The notes under the pieces were generated by a model, which saw only the letters and a list, made by a program, of their open reading frames with translations, made no database searches and had not been told where the DNA came from. From an uncultured delta proteobacterium (GTDB lineage Bacteria > Desulfobacterota > Syntrophia > Syntrophales > UBA2192): a stretch of 64,000 nucleotides of DNA. Shown here in pieces: positions 19,825 to 29,026 of this stretch. Where the stretch lies: NCBI GenBank assembly GCA_963802225.1, contig CAWDHZ010000031.1, forward strand, positions 251,671 through 315,670. The letters run 5' to 3'. Position numbers and translations under genes: made by a program. Position 1 is the stretch's first letter; every line of letters starts with the position of its first letter.

Positions 19825-20301
19825 CTATCTGGACATGGTGGAGATCTCGATGGGGCCGAAGCCGACCTCGACATCGACGGTCACGTTCGTGTTATATGCC
19901 GTGTTCCTCCCCGTGACCGTTGTGCCGTACCGGGTCTGCCCCCACATCTGCGCCCCCCCGATGGCGTATCCGTTCAGCTGCAGGGTGGACGGCCCTGTGG
20001 GGGGCACGATCGGCTGGGCGATCGAATACTGCGTCGTCGAATCGTGCCCGCCGCTGAGCGCCCGATAGCTCACGGGGAATACCGTGCCGTTAAATGCCGT
20101 CGCGGGGTCGAAAAGCCGCGAGAGTTCGTGCACGCCCGTCTCGGCGGCATTCAGGGCCTTCTTGTCGCCCACGGTTCTCATGCTGACCCGGATATCCCCG
20201 CTGGAGAGATTGACGGCCAGGATCCCGACGGCCAGAAGGATCAGGTTGGCCAGAAGGGCCGCGATGAGGGCAAATCCGTTTTCCCGCAAGCAATTTTTCA
20301 T
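19825..20301 (-). CDS. PilX-like minor pilin
   Basis: N-terminal NG|FALIAALLANLILLAV hydrophobic segment. Position between pilW and pilY1. Confidence 0.65.
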   Translation of the reverse strand: MKNCLRENGFALIAALLANLILLAVGILAVNLSSGDIRVSMRTVGDKKALNAAETGVHELSRLFDPATAFNGTVFPVSYRALSGGHDSTTQYSIAQPIVPPTGPSTLQLNGYAIGGAQMWGQTRYGTTVTGRNTAYNTNVTVDVEVGFGPIEISTMSR

Positions 20302-20316
20302 TCCGTCATCGCCTTT

Positions 20317-21039
20317 TCAGAATAGAATGCCGTGATTCCTCGGAACCACGCTGGTCGAGTAGATCATCCTGCGCCGCTGCGATCCGCCCAGAGAGGGGTC
20401 GACGTTCTCGCTGTCCACGACGAGGGTGATCTCGATTCGCCGGATCTGGCCGATCGCGCCGGGCAGGCTGCTCGTGATGTCGGTGCCCGCGCTGTCGTAG
20501 TAGCGCAAAAGGGGGATCGCAACATCATTATTGACCACCCGGACCGTCCTCACCTCCCCGGCCGCCCCTCCGAGAAAAGACTGCAGGCCCCCCGAAGCCG
20601 GCGCGCCCGAGCAGATCCAGGTTTCCCTCGTGATGCGCTGATTCGCCGTGTCCAGGGCATACACGATGATTTCGTTTGCCGCCCCCGCTTCCCCGCAGGA
20701 GCCGCTGCCGTTGAGGTCCATCTGGATCTGGATCGTGCTGCTGGCCGCATTCTGGACACCCCGCCGGGTCGCATCGCCTGCGTTGCAGTTGGTGATGTCC
20801 GTCCAGGGGTTCGCCGCGTAAAACGGGTTGTAGGAGGCCATGCGCATCTCCATGGCCATCACTTCCAGGGCCGCCCGCGCGTCCTGGCCCGTCGTGACCT
20901 TGCGGTCGATGCCCGTGGCGGAGCGCTGGCCTGACCAGACCGCCGCATAAACGGCGCCGAGGATCGTCATTCCCACGGCGACGGCGACGACGCATTCGAC
21001 GAGCGTAAACCCCCTGCTGCCTTTCCGCCGCCTCATCAT
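20317..21039 (-). CDS. PilW-like minor pilin (prepilin-type N-terminal methylation motif)
   Basis: RG|FTLVECVVAV motif. ATGATGA overlap with the upstream gene. Confidence 0.75.
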   Translation of the reverse strand: MMRRRKGSRGFTLVECVVAVAVGMTILGAVYAAVWSGQRSATGIDRKVTTGQDARAALEVMAMEMRMASYNPFYAANPWTDITNCNAGDATRRGVQNAASSTIQIQMDLNGSGSCGEAGAANEIIVYALDTANQRITRETWICSGAPASGGLQSFLGGAAGEVRTVRVVNNDVAIPLLRYYDSAGTDITSSLPGAIGQIRRIEITLVVDSENVDPSLGGSQRRRMIYSTSVVPRNHGILF

Positions 21040-21455
21040 TGCCGGTATGTCTCCTGTCGGGTCACCGTCAGCGACTCGGCGATGCCCCGGGTGTTTCCCG
21101 GCCAGGTCACCCTCACATCCACCCGCCAGGCATTGGAGCCAAGCGACGAGATCGTCGTTGCCACCGTGTAGGCAACGTCGCCCTGCTGCTTTGTGGTCTT
21201 GCCGCTGGGATAGACGGTTGCGCTCGTCGTGCCTGTCGACACGGTGTTGCCGGGATTCATGATCCGGATCTCGTTTCGTTCCAGCGCGCTCTGTAAAATT
21301 CCCGCGGCCCGTCCCATGAAGTCCGCCCGTCCCGCCGCCTGCCAGGATATGGGCTGCATGGACAAAAGGGCCATGATGCCGACGGCCGTCAGGAAGAGGG
21401 TGATCAGGACCTCGATCATCGTGATCCCTCTTTTATTGCAGAGTGAATTGAACAT
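21036..21455 (-). CDS. PilV-like minor pilin
   Basis: KRG|ITMIEVLITLFL prepilin motif. ATG 21455 chosen (the track start at 21470 is TTG). Overlaps the fimT-like stop. Confidence 0.75.
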   Translation of the reverse strand: MFNSLCNKRGITMIEVLITLFLTAVGIMALLSMQPISWQAAGRADFMGRAAGILQSALERNEIRIMNPGNTVSTGTTSATVYPSGKTTKQQGDVAYTVATTISSLGSNAWRVDVRVTWPGNTRGIAESLTVTRQETYRQ

Positions 21456-21915
21456 GGGGCCTGCCTGCAAGGTTTGTGGTGATCAGTGCCGTTGAGTTCC
21501 GGCCGTTTCTCAGGGTGATGGTCTTGTTGTCCTCGCTTAAGATCCCTCTCGCTTGAAAATTCACCTGGCTGGATGTGAACGTGGTGGCCGTGATCCGGAT
21601 GTCGCTTCCATGCTCGGTCAGGGTCTTCGTCTGCGTTTGCGCCGGGGCCGTCACGCGCTCCAGGGCGTAGGTGTTCGCGGGGTCCACATTCAGGGTGATC
21701 CTGTACTGCGCGCTTTCCGACTTGGCCCTCAGCTGCACATCGGTGATGTCCGACATGATCTGGCGGGCGGCCGCTTTCAGTTTCGTGTTGTCGATGTACC
21801 CCCTGAAGGAGGGAATGGCGATGGCCGTGACAATGGCGAAGAAAAAAAGCGCGAGCATGAGCTCGACCAGGGAAAAGCCGCCATTCGAAAAAATCACCCG
21901 TCGCCCGTTCTTCAT
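21433..21915 (-). CDS. FimT/GspH-family pseudopilin
   Basis: NGG|FSLVELMLALFFF prepilin motif. First gene of the minor-pilin operon. Confidence 0.75.
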   Translation of the reverse strand: MKNGRRVIFSNGGFSLVELMLALFFFAIVTAIAIPSFRGYIDNTKLKAAARQIMSDITDVQLRAKSESAQYRITLNVDPANTYALERVTAPAQTQTKTLTEHGSDIRITATTFTSSQVNFQARGILSEDNKTITLRNGRNSTALITTNLAGRPHVQFTLQ

Positions 21916-22616
21916 ATCCGTATATCCGTGATCCGCTGCAAGCGCTGTCCAACCAGGTGCTGCAAGGGTTTTGCCGAAGGAGGGCGCTTCATTTCTCTCC
22001 GTGGCGGAAAAGCCGCAAAGACCCGGCTCATCTTTGAACTTCGCGGAACTTCGCGCGTCTGCGGCTTTCTTGTGCGGGGAAACGGCAGATCAGATCTGGT
22101 GGCAGGTCGGAATGAGCGATTCCTCATCATCCCTTGGGGTCGCCGGTCGATGAGCGCTGCATCGCGGTGTTTCAAGCCGGCAATCCTGCTGCCATATCCG
22201 TTCCCCGGACGTAGGCCAGAGACTTTGCGCCCCGCCCTTTCGGGCGGTTTGCCCTTTTCAGCCCTGTTTGATCCAAAGCGAAATGCCCCGCTTCCGGTAT
22301 TCAATCCCGGGCCGTGACATCCCTACGTCTATCTTTCGGAAGAGAGGGCATTGAACTTAAAGAATATTTTCAGAATTGCGCATCAAACGGGCCATCTTGC
22401 GTCCAACAGGCTGCGACCGGGGGGGCAGGGCACCGTGCACTGCATCAGAACAGGCTGATAGGTTTTGTAGAATTTCCATCTCTCGCGCCTCGGGACCCCA
22501 CACGGCCGCCGCCTGTCCCCCCTGGCAGTTTTTTAAATTGTATGCAATAGTTGAAACCGCTGTCCCGGCTCCCTGGCAACCAACCCCCAGTTTAGAATCC
22601 ATGAAGGAGGGATTTC

Positions 22617-23945
22617 ATGAAATCTCAAACGAATCGCCCGTTGCGCTTCGGTGCCGCTGCTGCCGCGTTTGTCTGTGCAATCTTTTTTGCCGCGCAATCC
22701 GCCCCGGCGGTGGACATCTCCTTTCGCAATTTCAGTCCCTCGGCGGCCATCGGTCCCCCCGCCGATGAATATGCCGCCAAGCTCACGAGCATTTCGACAA
22801 CCGTTCTCGGCCAGGCCGGCCAGGTCCGTTTCGCCAAGTACTCACCGACCCCGGCGATTCCGAAGGCATTCAAGAACATCATGGACGCCGTTGCCGCAGG
22901 GGGCCCCCTGGCTGGGGGGAGCGGTTTCGATGCTGCCTATATTTCCGGCTCGGACATTAACGCGGCATGGGGGTTCATCTACAATTCGGGCGTTCCCTTC
23001 GGCCCAACCTTTGACGAGTTCACGGGCTTTCTCTATGGGAAATCGATCGGGGGCACCGAGAGCGGCCTTGATCAGCTCCAGCGAATCCTGGACAAGAACG
23101 GGACGAACATCGTGGCGGTTCCCGTTGTCGGAAGCCCCCAGCAGATCTCCGGCTACTTCAAGTTGCCCATCGGCAACGCCGGATCGACGCCCGGCATCGG
23201 CTTGGCCGGGTTGTGCCAGCAGAACTGGACCTTCCGGTACCTGCCGCCGGCCCAGTACGTCATCGATCGCGCCTGTGACAACCTGGTGGCGCGCGGCGTG
23301 ATTGCGAAAAAGAACATCAAGTTCATCCAGGCCCTCGCCGGGGGCGGCTCCCTGGTGAAGGCCGTCGCCGACGGCCAACTCCAGGGGTTCGAATTTGCCA
23401 CCCCTCTTGACGATGTCTCCCAGCTCTTCGGGCTTCCCGAAGGCAATCCCGGCACAGTGGGGAACCGGTACGTGCACTCACCCGGCTGGCAGCAGCAGTT
23501 CCTGATCACCTACATGATCATCAACAAGAATGTGTGGAACAAATTGAGCCCGGCCCAGCAGACACTCGTCAAGAGCGTCGGCCGCGACCATGTCCTGTCG
23601 TCCTATGGCGAGAATGTCCGGCAGCAGGGCGCGAAGCTGCAGCAGATCCTGACGGCCAACGACGGCGACAATATCGCCGAGAACGACCTCATCCTGGTGC
23701 AGTGGCCGCAGGGCGATCTCGAGCTGCTGCGGGATGCAACCATCCAGTTCCTCAACGGCCAGGTCTCCGATGCAAAGCTGAGCGAGAAAGACCGTCAGGA
23801 CTTCGGAACGATCCTCGAATCGCTTCGCTCTTATGTCAGCAGCAACAGCGGATACTGGAAGGTGCGTGACGTGCCCACGGCGCTTCGCTTCCAGGGCTGG
23901 ACCGACCCAGAGGGCAAGAAGAGCTGGGATCAGAAACTGAAGTAA
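22617..23945 (+). CDS. periplasmic solute-binding protein, TRAP DctP-like (COG4663-like), orphan
   Basis: Signal peptide, strong GAAGGAGGG RBS. The segment GFDAAYISGSDINAAWGFIYNSGVPFGPTFDEFTGFLYG resembles TRAP solute receptors. No DctQM genes nearby. Confidence 0.5.
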   Translation: MKSQTNRPLRFGAAAAAFVCAIFFAAQSAPAVDISFRNFSPSAAIGPPADEYAAKLTSISTTVLGQAGQVRFAKYSPTPAIPKAFKNIMDAVAAGGPLAGGSGFDAAYISGSDINAAWGFIYNSGVPFGPTFDEFTGFLYGKSIGGTESGLDQLQRILDKNGTNIVAVPVVGSPQQISGYFKLPIGNAGSTPGIGLAGLCQQNWTFRYLPPAQYVIDRACDNLVARGVIAKKNIKFIQALAGGGSLVKAVADGQLQGFEFATPLDDVSQLFGLPEGNPGTVGNRYVHSPGWQQQFLITYMIINKNVWNKLSPAQQTLVKSVGRDHVLSSYGENVRQQGAKLQQILTANDGDNIAENDLILVQWPQGDLELLRDATIQFLNGQVSDAKLSEKDRQDFGTILESLRSYVSSNSGYWKVRDVPTALRFQGWTDPEGKKSWDQKLK

Positions 23946-24014
23946 GCCCGGGCGATATCCGAAAGCTCGATGCCGTCGTGTGTGCTGACGATGTGCGCGA
24001 GGATCACGGATGAT

Positions 24015-24049
24015 AAAAAGGGCAGGGTCCGCGGGGGCCCTGCCTTTTT
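24015..24049. terminator. Rho-independent terminator (A-run/T-run flanked)
   Basis: AAAAA-GGGCAGGG...CCCTGCC-TTTTT. Confidence 0.7.
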
Positions 24050-24613
24050 CGCACTTTTCTTTTCGGAGGCACTGCTCAGCCGTAAGTATTCAACAGGATC
24101 CCGCGATGTTCATCCTGAATCGGTTGATCCTGACAACGGCGCATCGAGAGCATGATACGCAGGATATAGGCCGCCCTTTCGGCGTGCTCCTGGTGATCGG
24201 AAGCTGTCGGCCACTGCCTGTTCCATGTTTGTTTGATGCTGTCCACCGGTTTCATGGCCTTCACGAATCCTCTCGATGATTGAGCCCCTGCTTTCCCCGA
24301 TGAGCATGCCCTGTTCCAGATGCCGGATCAGGCGAGATTAATCAATATAATCAGCGTATTACGTGAATTTCGGCCCTGGAGGCTGCTCCGGCTTAGACCC
24401 TGTCCGCAAGTCCAATCCGGCATAGCAGAGATGATTGTCCAATGATTATGAATAGTAAGGCGGATGGTCCAGTCTGAACCGGTCCAGGACGGGCTTGCCG
24501 GTGATGGAGAATAGAAGCTGCCTTGCTGCGCGAAAAAATCAGACGTTCCTCGTATTCATAAAAGGCTCTTTTCAGGGTATAGTGATCCAAAAAAAGCATC
24601 TCTAATTTCGGTT

Positions 24614-25045
24614 ATGAATAAGAGAAGTCAAACAGATCGCCGCAAAAGGCCCACCCCCGTATTGAGCCGCTATACATTTTTCTGCGGGCGAAGAAGTCTT
24701 TTCAGGCGCAGAGAGGACCGGCTTCGGGGCGGTTATGTCGACCGATACGGTCATCGACTTTTCACGGTGCTGCTCTGGATTGTCGTGTTGAACATTTTCG
24801 ACGCCCTTTTCACCCACATGATTCTGGCGTGCGGAGGCACGGAGCTCAATCCCATTGCGGATTGGGCAATCACAACGTTCGGGAATCATTTCATCGTCTG
24901 GAAACTTGCCGTCATAGGCTGCGCCCTTCTCCTGCTGTGTCTCCACAGCAAATTTAGCCTCGCCAAGACCGTGATTGCCATGGCGTTCATTCTTTACAGC
25001 GGCGTCGTATTTTATCAAATTGTCCTGATTTCCTGTTTCATGTGA
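24614..25045 (+). CDS. DUF5658-like small membrane protein with Arg-rich N-terminus
   Basis: 143 aa. N-terminal DRRKRPTPVLSRYTFFCGRRSLFRRRED, followed by 3-4 TM helices containing ELNPI. Weak RBS. Confidence 0.6.
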   Translation: MNKRSQTDRRKRPTPVLSRYTFFCGRRSLFRRREDRLRGGYVDRYGHRLFTVLLWIVVLNIFDALFTHMILACGGTELNPIADWAITTFGNHFIVWKLAVIGCALLLLCLHSKFSLAKTVIAMAFILYSGVVFYQIVLISCFM

Positions 25046-25133
25046 CTCCTCCCCCCCCTCTGGGCCCAGCCAGCATCCCCTTGTTGTCTCGAGGGGCGGC
25101 GCCCTCCCTGCCATCGGAGCGGATGCGCGTGGG

Positions 25134-25451
25134 TCAGAAATAGGCGCTGAAGATCGGGTCATCCTGGTAGTTGAAGTTCTGGTATCGCATGCGGAATTGG
25201 TTGAGACTGAAATCGACTTCCCTGTGGAGATCCTTCGCGCGCACTTCGCCGCGCAGGAATCGGATTTTGAGCATCTCGATGGAGGTGATCAGTTCGATGA
25301 TTTCGCGCCGGAATAAACGGGTCGTTTTTCCATCATCGCAATGGGCGATCATTTTCTCGACTGCACGACTCAGATCATGGAAGAGATCCTCGCTGTCGGC
25401 GACTTTCAGGATATCTTCCTTTATGACGAGCAGCTTCTCGTAAGACATCAT
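25134..25451 (-). CDS. hypothetical protein (105 aa, helical)
   Basis: Clean ORF in the low-G+C patch, 34 nt downstream of the 25486 gene. No family recognised. Confidence 0.5.
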   Translation of the reverse strand: MMSYEKLLVIKEDILKVADSEDLFHDLSRAVEKMIAHCDDGKTTRLFRREIIELITSIEMLKIRFLRGEVRAKDLHREVDFSLNQFRMRYQNFNYQDDPIFSAYF

Positions 25452-25485
25452 TCCGACCCCGCTTTCGCCTTTTTTCGTTAGTCAA

Positions 25486-25776
25486 TCAGCCGAAGAAATT
25501 GCAGATTCTGGTGAAGAGCCGATGTAGCTCCCCTTTTTCCGTGACCTTGACGGAAATCTTCTTGTCCTTCAGCAACGCCTTGCGCAATTCGTCCACACAG
25601 GGGGAATTCTCCTCGCTGGTGATGACGGTGACCTCATTGCCGGCTTTCTCCAGCACGATAAAATCTCCGGTCGAACCCCATCTTTCACCGACCATCGACC
25701 GGAGATCTGAAGGCGTGAAATATTGGGGAAAAGGGTTGCTTTCGCTCAAATAGACCATGGAAATTTCCTGCTGCAT
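25486..25776 (-). CDS. hypothetical protein (96 aa)
   Basis: GGAGAGG RBS 7 nt upstream of the ATG. No family recognised. Confidence 0.55.
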   Translation of the reverse strand: MQQEISMVYLSESNPFPQYFTPSDLRSMVGERWGSTGDFIVLEKAGNEVTVITSEENSPCVDELRKALLKDKKISVKVTEKGELHRLFTRICNFFG

Positions 25777-26248
25777 CGTGACACCTCTCCTGGTTTGCTG
25801 ACCGGGTACTCTTCACCCGGCCCCGCCTCGCAGGCGGGAACTTCACGTTGTTGCCAGCGTCCCCAAGGCATCACTCATGCCGGAGAAGACATTTTCACGA
25901 ATCCATCATGATATCAGCTGAATAGGGGAAAGGCGGCGGGGTTGCAGTTTTTCGGTATTTCCGTTCTGCGTTCCATGTTGGCCTATCGAAGATAAATAGT
26001 CGTGCAATCCTCGGCGGATAACCGTGTGTGCCCAAGCGGCATAGTCTGATCTGGATGTGTCCCTTCGGACAGGGTACGTGTCGCCGTGCCAACCTGGCCC
26101 TGAAACGCCCGGGGTAAGGCCGCATGGAATAATCATACTTTCTTCGTATTCATTTCCTGATTCATCGACCGATATGACTGATGTGAGGCGTGCCACTCAG
26201 GCCTCCGGTTTTGCATTTCGAGCCTATGACACACCGGGAGAGTTGACC

Positions 26249-26656
26249 ATGACGCTTACAGAGCCGCATTCTGCATCCCTTCATTCCGGAAGAAGAGGGC
26301 GAATCCTCTTTGTGGATGATGAAGAAATTATTTGCGAAACCTACTGCGGCATGCTGCTGCAACTCGGTCACGAGGTGAGCACGCGGATCAGCAGTGTCGA
26401 AGCCCTGGAAGCGTTCAAGGCCAGACCTGACGAATTCGACCTGGTCATTACGGACCAGGCGATGCCGCATCTGACCGGGCTCGACCTGGCAGATCACCTG
26501 AAAAAAATCAGGCCGAACATCTCCATCATTCTCTGCACGGGCTACAGCGAGCTGATCACGCCCCAGACGGCCTATGACTTCGGTATCGATAAAATACTGA
26601 TCAAGCCGGTCGGAATCTGGCAGATGCGGGAAGTGGTCGACAGTGCTCTCGGTTGA
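26249..26656 (+). CDS. single-domain response regulator (REC)
   Basis: Start MTLTEPH with GGGAGAG RBS. Contains ILFVDDEE...DLVITDQAMPHLTG...KP receiver motifs. Confidence 0.85.
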   Translation: MTLTEPHSASLHSGRRGRILFVDDEEIICETYCGMLLQLGHEVSTRISSVEALEAFKARPDEFDLVITDQAMPHLTGLDLADHLKKIRPNISIILCTGYSELITPQTAYDFGIDKILIKPVGIWQMREVVDSALG

Positions 26657-26881
26657 AACGACTCTGCAGGCGGTGGTTGATTTCCCTGCACAGGCTCGCG
26701 GTTCTCGACAACCTCGGACCGTTCCGGCATGGACCGTTCGCCCCGGGGCATTGCCGAAAGGGCAGGCCGATATTCCGCTGCCCGTGAGTCGATGTGCGAC
26801 CGTCGAGCCCTCTGCTTTCTGCGGGGTTTTCGAAGCGATCCTGAACAGGTCCCGGTGTCTTCTCCCGGGTGATACGCAGCC

Positions 26882-29005
26882 ATGAAAAAATTAGCGCCTG
26901 CCAGGAAACGCGTGGACACCCTGCGCGCCGCGAAAGTCGATCAAATCCTGATCGTGGACAACGACCCCGTCTTCCTGGCGCTGCTCGCGAAGTTTCTCAA
27001 GAAAGACGGGTTCCATGTCCTGACGGCCAAGGACGGCGTCTCTGCACTGAAGATTTTGAAAGCGGTCACGCCCGATGTCATCCTCCTGGACCTGGTGATG
27101 CCGAATGTCAGCGGAGATCGGCTTTGCCGCATGATCCGGGAAATGGATACGGCCGTGAAGGACGTCTACATCATCCTCGTCACCGCCTTGGCATCCGAGG
27201 GGGTAACGGTCGATTACCTCGGGATGGGCGCCAACGACTGCATCGCAAAAGCCTCCTTCAACCAGACGTACAAAAAAATAAACGAGGCACTGTCCTGCTT
27301 TGAGAAAAAGGCACCCAGGAAGAAGCATGACCGGATCGATCGCCCTGCGGAGACCCTGCCGCGAACCCTCATCGGCGAGCTTCTCTCCATCAACCGGAAT
27401 CACGAAGCCTTCATGTCGAATATTTCAGAAGGCCGTCTTGAATTGACGGAGGGGGGGAGTGTCATCTTCGCGAACCCGGCAGCGATCTCCATCTTTGGAC
27501 AGCCTGAAATTCATCTCCTCTCCGTGAAATTTGTCGACTTGTTCCCGAAGCAGGAACAGGCCGGGATCTCAAAGCTTCTTTCCGCAAAAAAACGCCGGCG
27601 ACCGGCTGACTGCAACCTGTCCTTCCGCCTTCCGAGCTCCAGGGAGGTCGTGGTTAAAGCGATGCACATCGCCCACGAAAAGAAATACATTGTCATCCTT
27701 CGCGACGTGACGGAACAAAAAGGATTTGAGAGAGCCCTTCTGAAAGCCTATGCGGATCTTGAGACGCGAGTTGCGGAACGAACCGCCGAGTTGAAGAGAG
27801 CTAACGAGGCCCTGCATGCGGAGCTCGAGGAACGTCGAAAAATCGAGGGGATGCTGCAGCAGAGCCGCAACACCCTGCGATCCGTCTTCGACAGCATCTC
27901 CGATCCGCTGATCATGGTCGATCGCGATCTCTGCATCCGGATGGCGAACAGAGCCACGGTCGATTACTTTCATTCAGCCGACTACCTGGAGATCCTGGGG
28001 AAGCCCTTTTCGGCGTTGGCGCAAGAGCACTTCGACCTCGGTTTGCTGAACTCCGTGCAATCGGCTGTTTTGCACTTCGAAGAGTCGAGCTTCGAGTCGA
28101 ACAGCCCTGAAAAGTCCGGGAAATGTGAAAAAGTTTTCGTCTATCCGACTCACGAGGAATATCGGGTTTCGGGGTCGGCCATTGTTCGGATCAGTGACAT
28201 TACAAAAGAAAAAATCATGACCACCGAGCTGATCCAGCAGGAGAAGCTGGCAGCCCTCGGTCTACTCGTATCCAGCGTGACTCACGAAATCAACAATCCG
28301 AACAACTTGATCCTCTTCACCGTGCCGATTCTCAGGGATTATCTCGGCGCCATGCTTCCCATGGTTCAGGAGCAGGCGGCATGCAGGGCCGGCTTCGAAA
28401 TCATGGGGATGTCTGGGGATGCGTTCCAGGAAGACGTCCTGAAGCTCTTGACGAATATCCAGAACGGGGCGGAGCGCATCCACGCGACGGTCGCCAAATT
28501 TGTCGGATTTTCGAAGAAGAGGACCTGTGATAAGAGAGTGCCCGTCGAACCCTGCGAGCCGATCGAAAGAGCGGTCTCCATCTGCCGGCATGAGATCAAG
28601 CGAGCCATCCGAGCCTTCGAGGTCGATATCGAGGCAAACATGCCGACGATCCTGGCGGACCCCTTGGCCCTTGAGCAGGTGATTATCAATCTGTTGATCA
28701 ACGCCTCGCAGGTAGCGGACAAGGAGGATTCCAGGCTGGGGCTCAAGGCCTTCGTGGAAAAGAACGGCGGGAATCGCTTCACCATCGAGATCACGGACAA
28801 CGGCTGCGGCATGGACGAGGAAACAAAAAAGAAAATATTCTATCCGTTCTTCACGTCAAGAAAGGATGGAAAGGGGACAGGCCTCGGTCTCTACATCGTC
28901 AAGAGCCTGGTCGACGAAATGACAGGCCAGATCGAGGTCCAGACCGAGCCCGGCAAAGGCAGTACCTTCAGGATATCCATCCCCGTAAACAAGGCAAAAT
29001 CTTAA
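26882..29005 (+). CDS. hybrid sensor kinase REC-PAS-PAS-HisKA-HATPase_c
   Basis: N-terminal receiver (ILIVDNDP...ILLDLVMPNVSG). H-box SSVTHEINNP. N/G boxes INLLINA and DNGCGM...GTGLGL. Confidence 0.9.
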   Translation: MKKLAPARKRVDTLRAAKVDQILIVDNDPVFLALLAKFLKKDGFHVLTAKDGVSALKILKAVTPDVILLDLVMPNVSGDRLCRMIREMDTAVKDVYIILVTALASEGVTVDYLGMGANDCIAKASFNQTYKKINEALSCFEKKAPRKKHDRIDRPAETLPRTLIGELLSINRNHEAFMSNISEGRLELTEGGSVIFANPAAISIFGQPEIHLLSVKFVDLFPKQEQAGISKLLSAKKRRRPADCNLSFRLPSSREVVVKAMHIAHEKKYIVILRDVTEQKGFERALLKAYADLETRVAERTAELKRANEALHAELEERRKIEGMLQQSRNTLRSVFDSISDPLIMVDRDLCIRMANRATVDYFHSADYLEILGKPFSALAQEHFDLGLLNSVQSAVLHFEESSFESNSPEKSGKCEKVFVYPTHEEYRVSGSAIVRISDITKEKIMTTELIQQEKLAALGLLVSSVTHEINNPNNLILFTVPILRDYLGAMLPMVQEQAACRAGFEIMGMSGDAFQEDVLKLLTNIQNGAERIHATVAKFVGFSKKRTCDKRVPVEPCEPIERAVSICRHEIKRAIRAFEVDIEANMPTILADPLALEQVIINLLINASQVADKEDSRLGLKAFVEKNGGNRFTIEITDNGCGMDEETKKKIFYPFFTSRKDGKGTGLGLYIVKSLVDEMTGQIEVQTEPGKGSTFRISIPVNKAKS

Positions 29006-29026
29006 GCCTGCTTTCCTGGTTTCTCC

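Noticed and set aside
21937-21951. Sigma-54 promoter upstream of the pilin operon (minus strand reads TGGACA-GCGC-TTGCA).
   Set aside because: The spacing between the GG and GC elements is one nt short of the strict -24/-12 geometry, so I cannot support it.
24076-24307. Two overlapping-frame minus-strand ORFs (62 and 65 aa), possibly one frameshifted gene.
   Set aside because: No family motif that I can name with confidence. Mentioned only as possible debris in the low-G+C patch.
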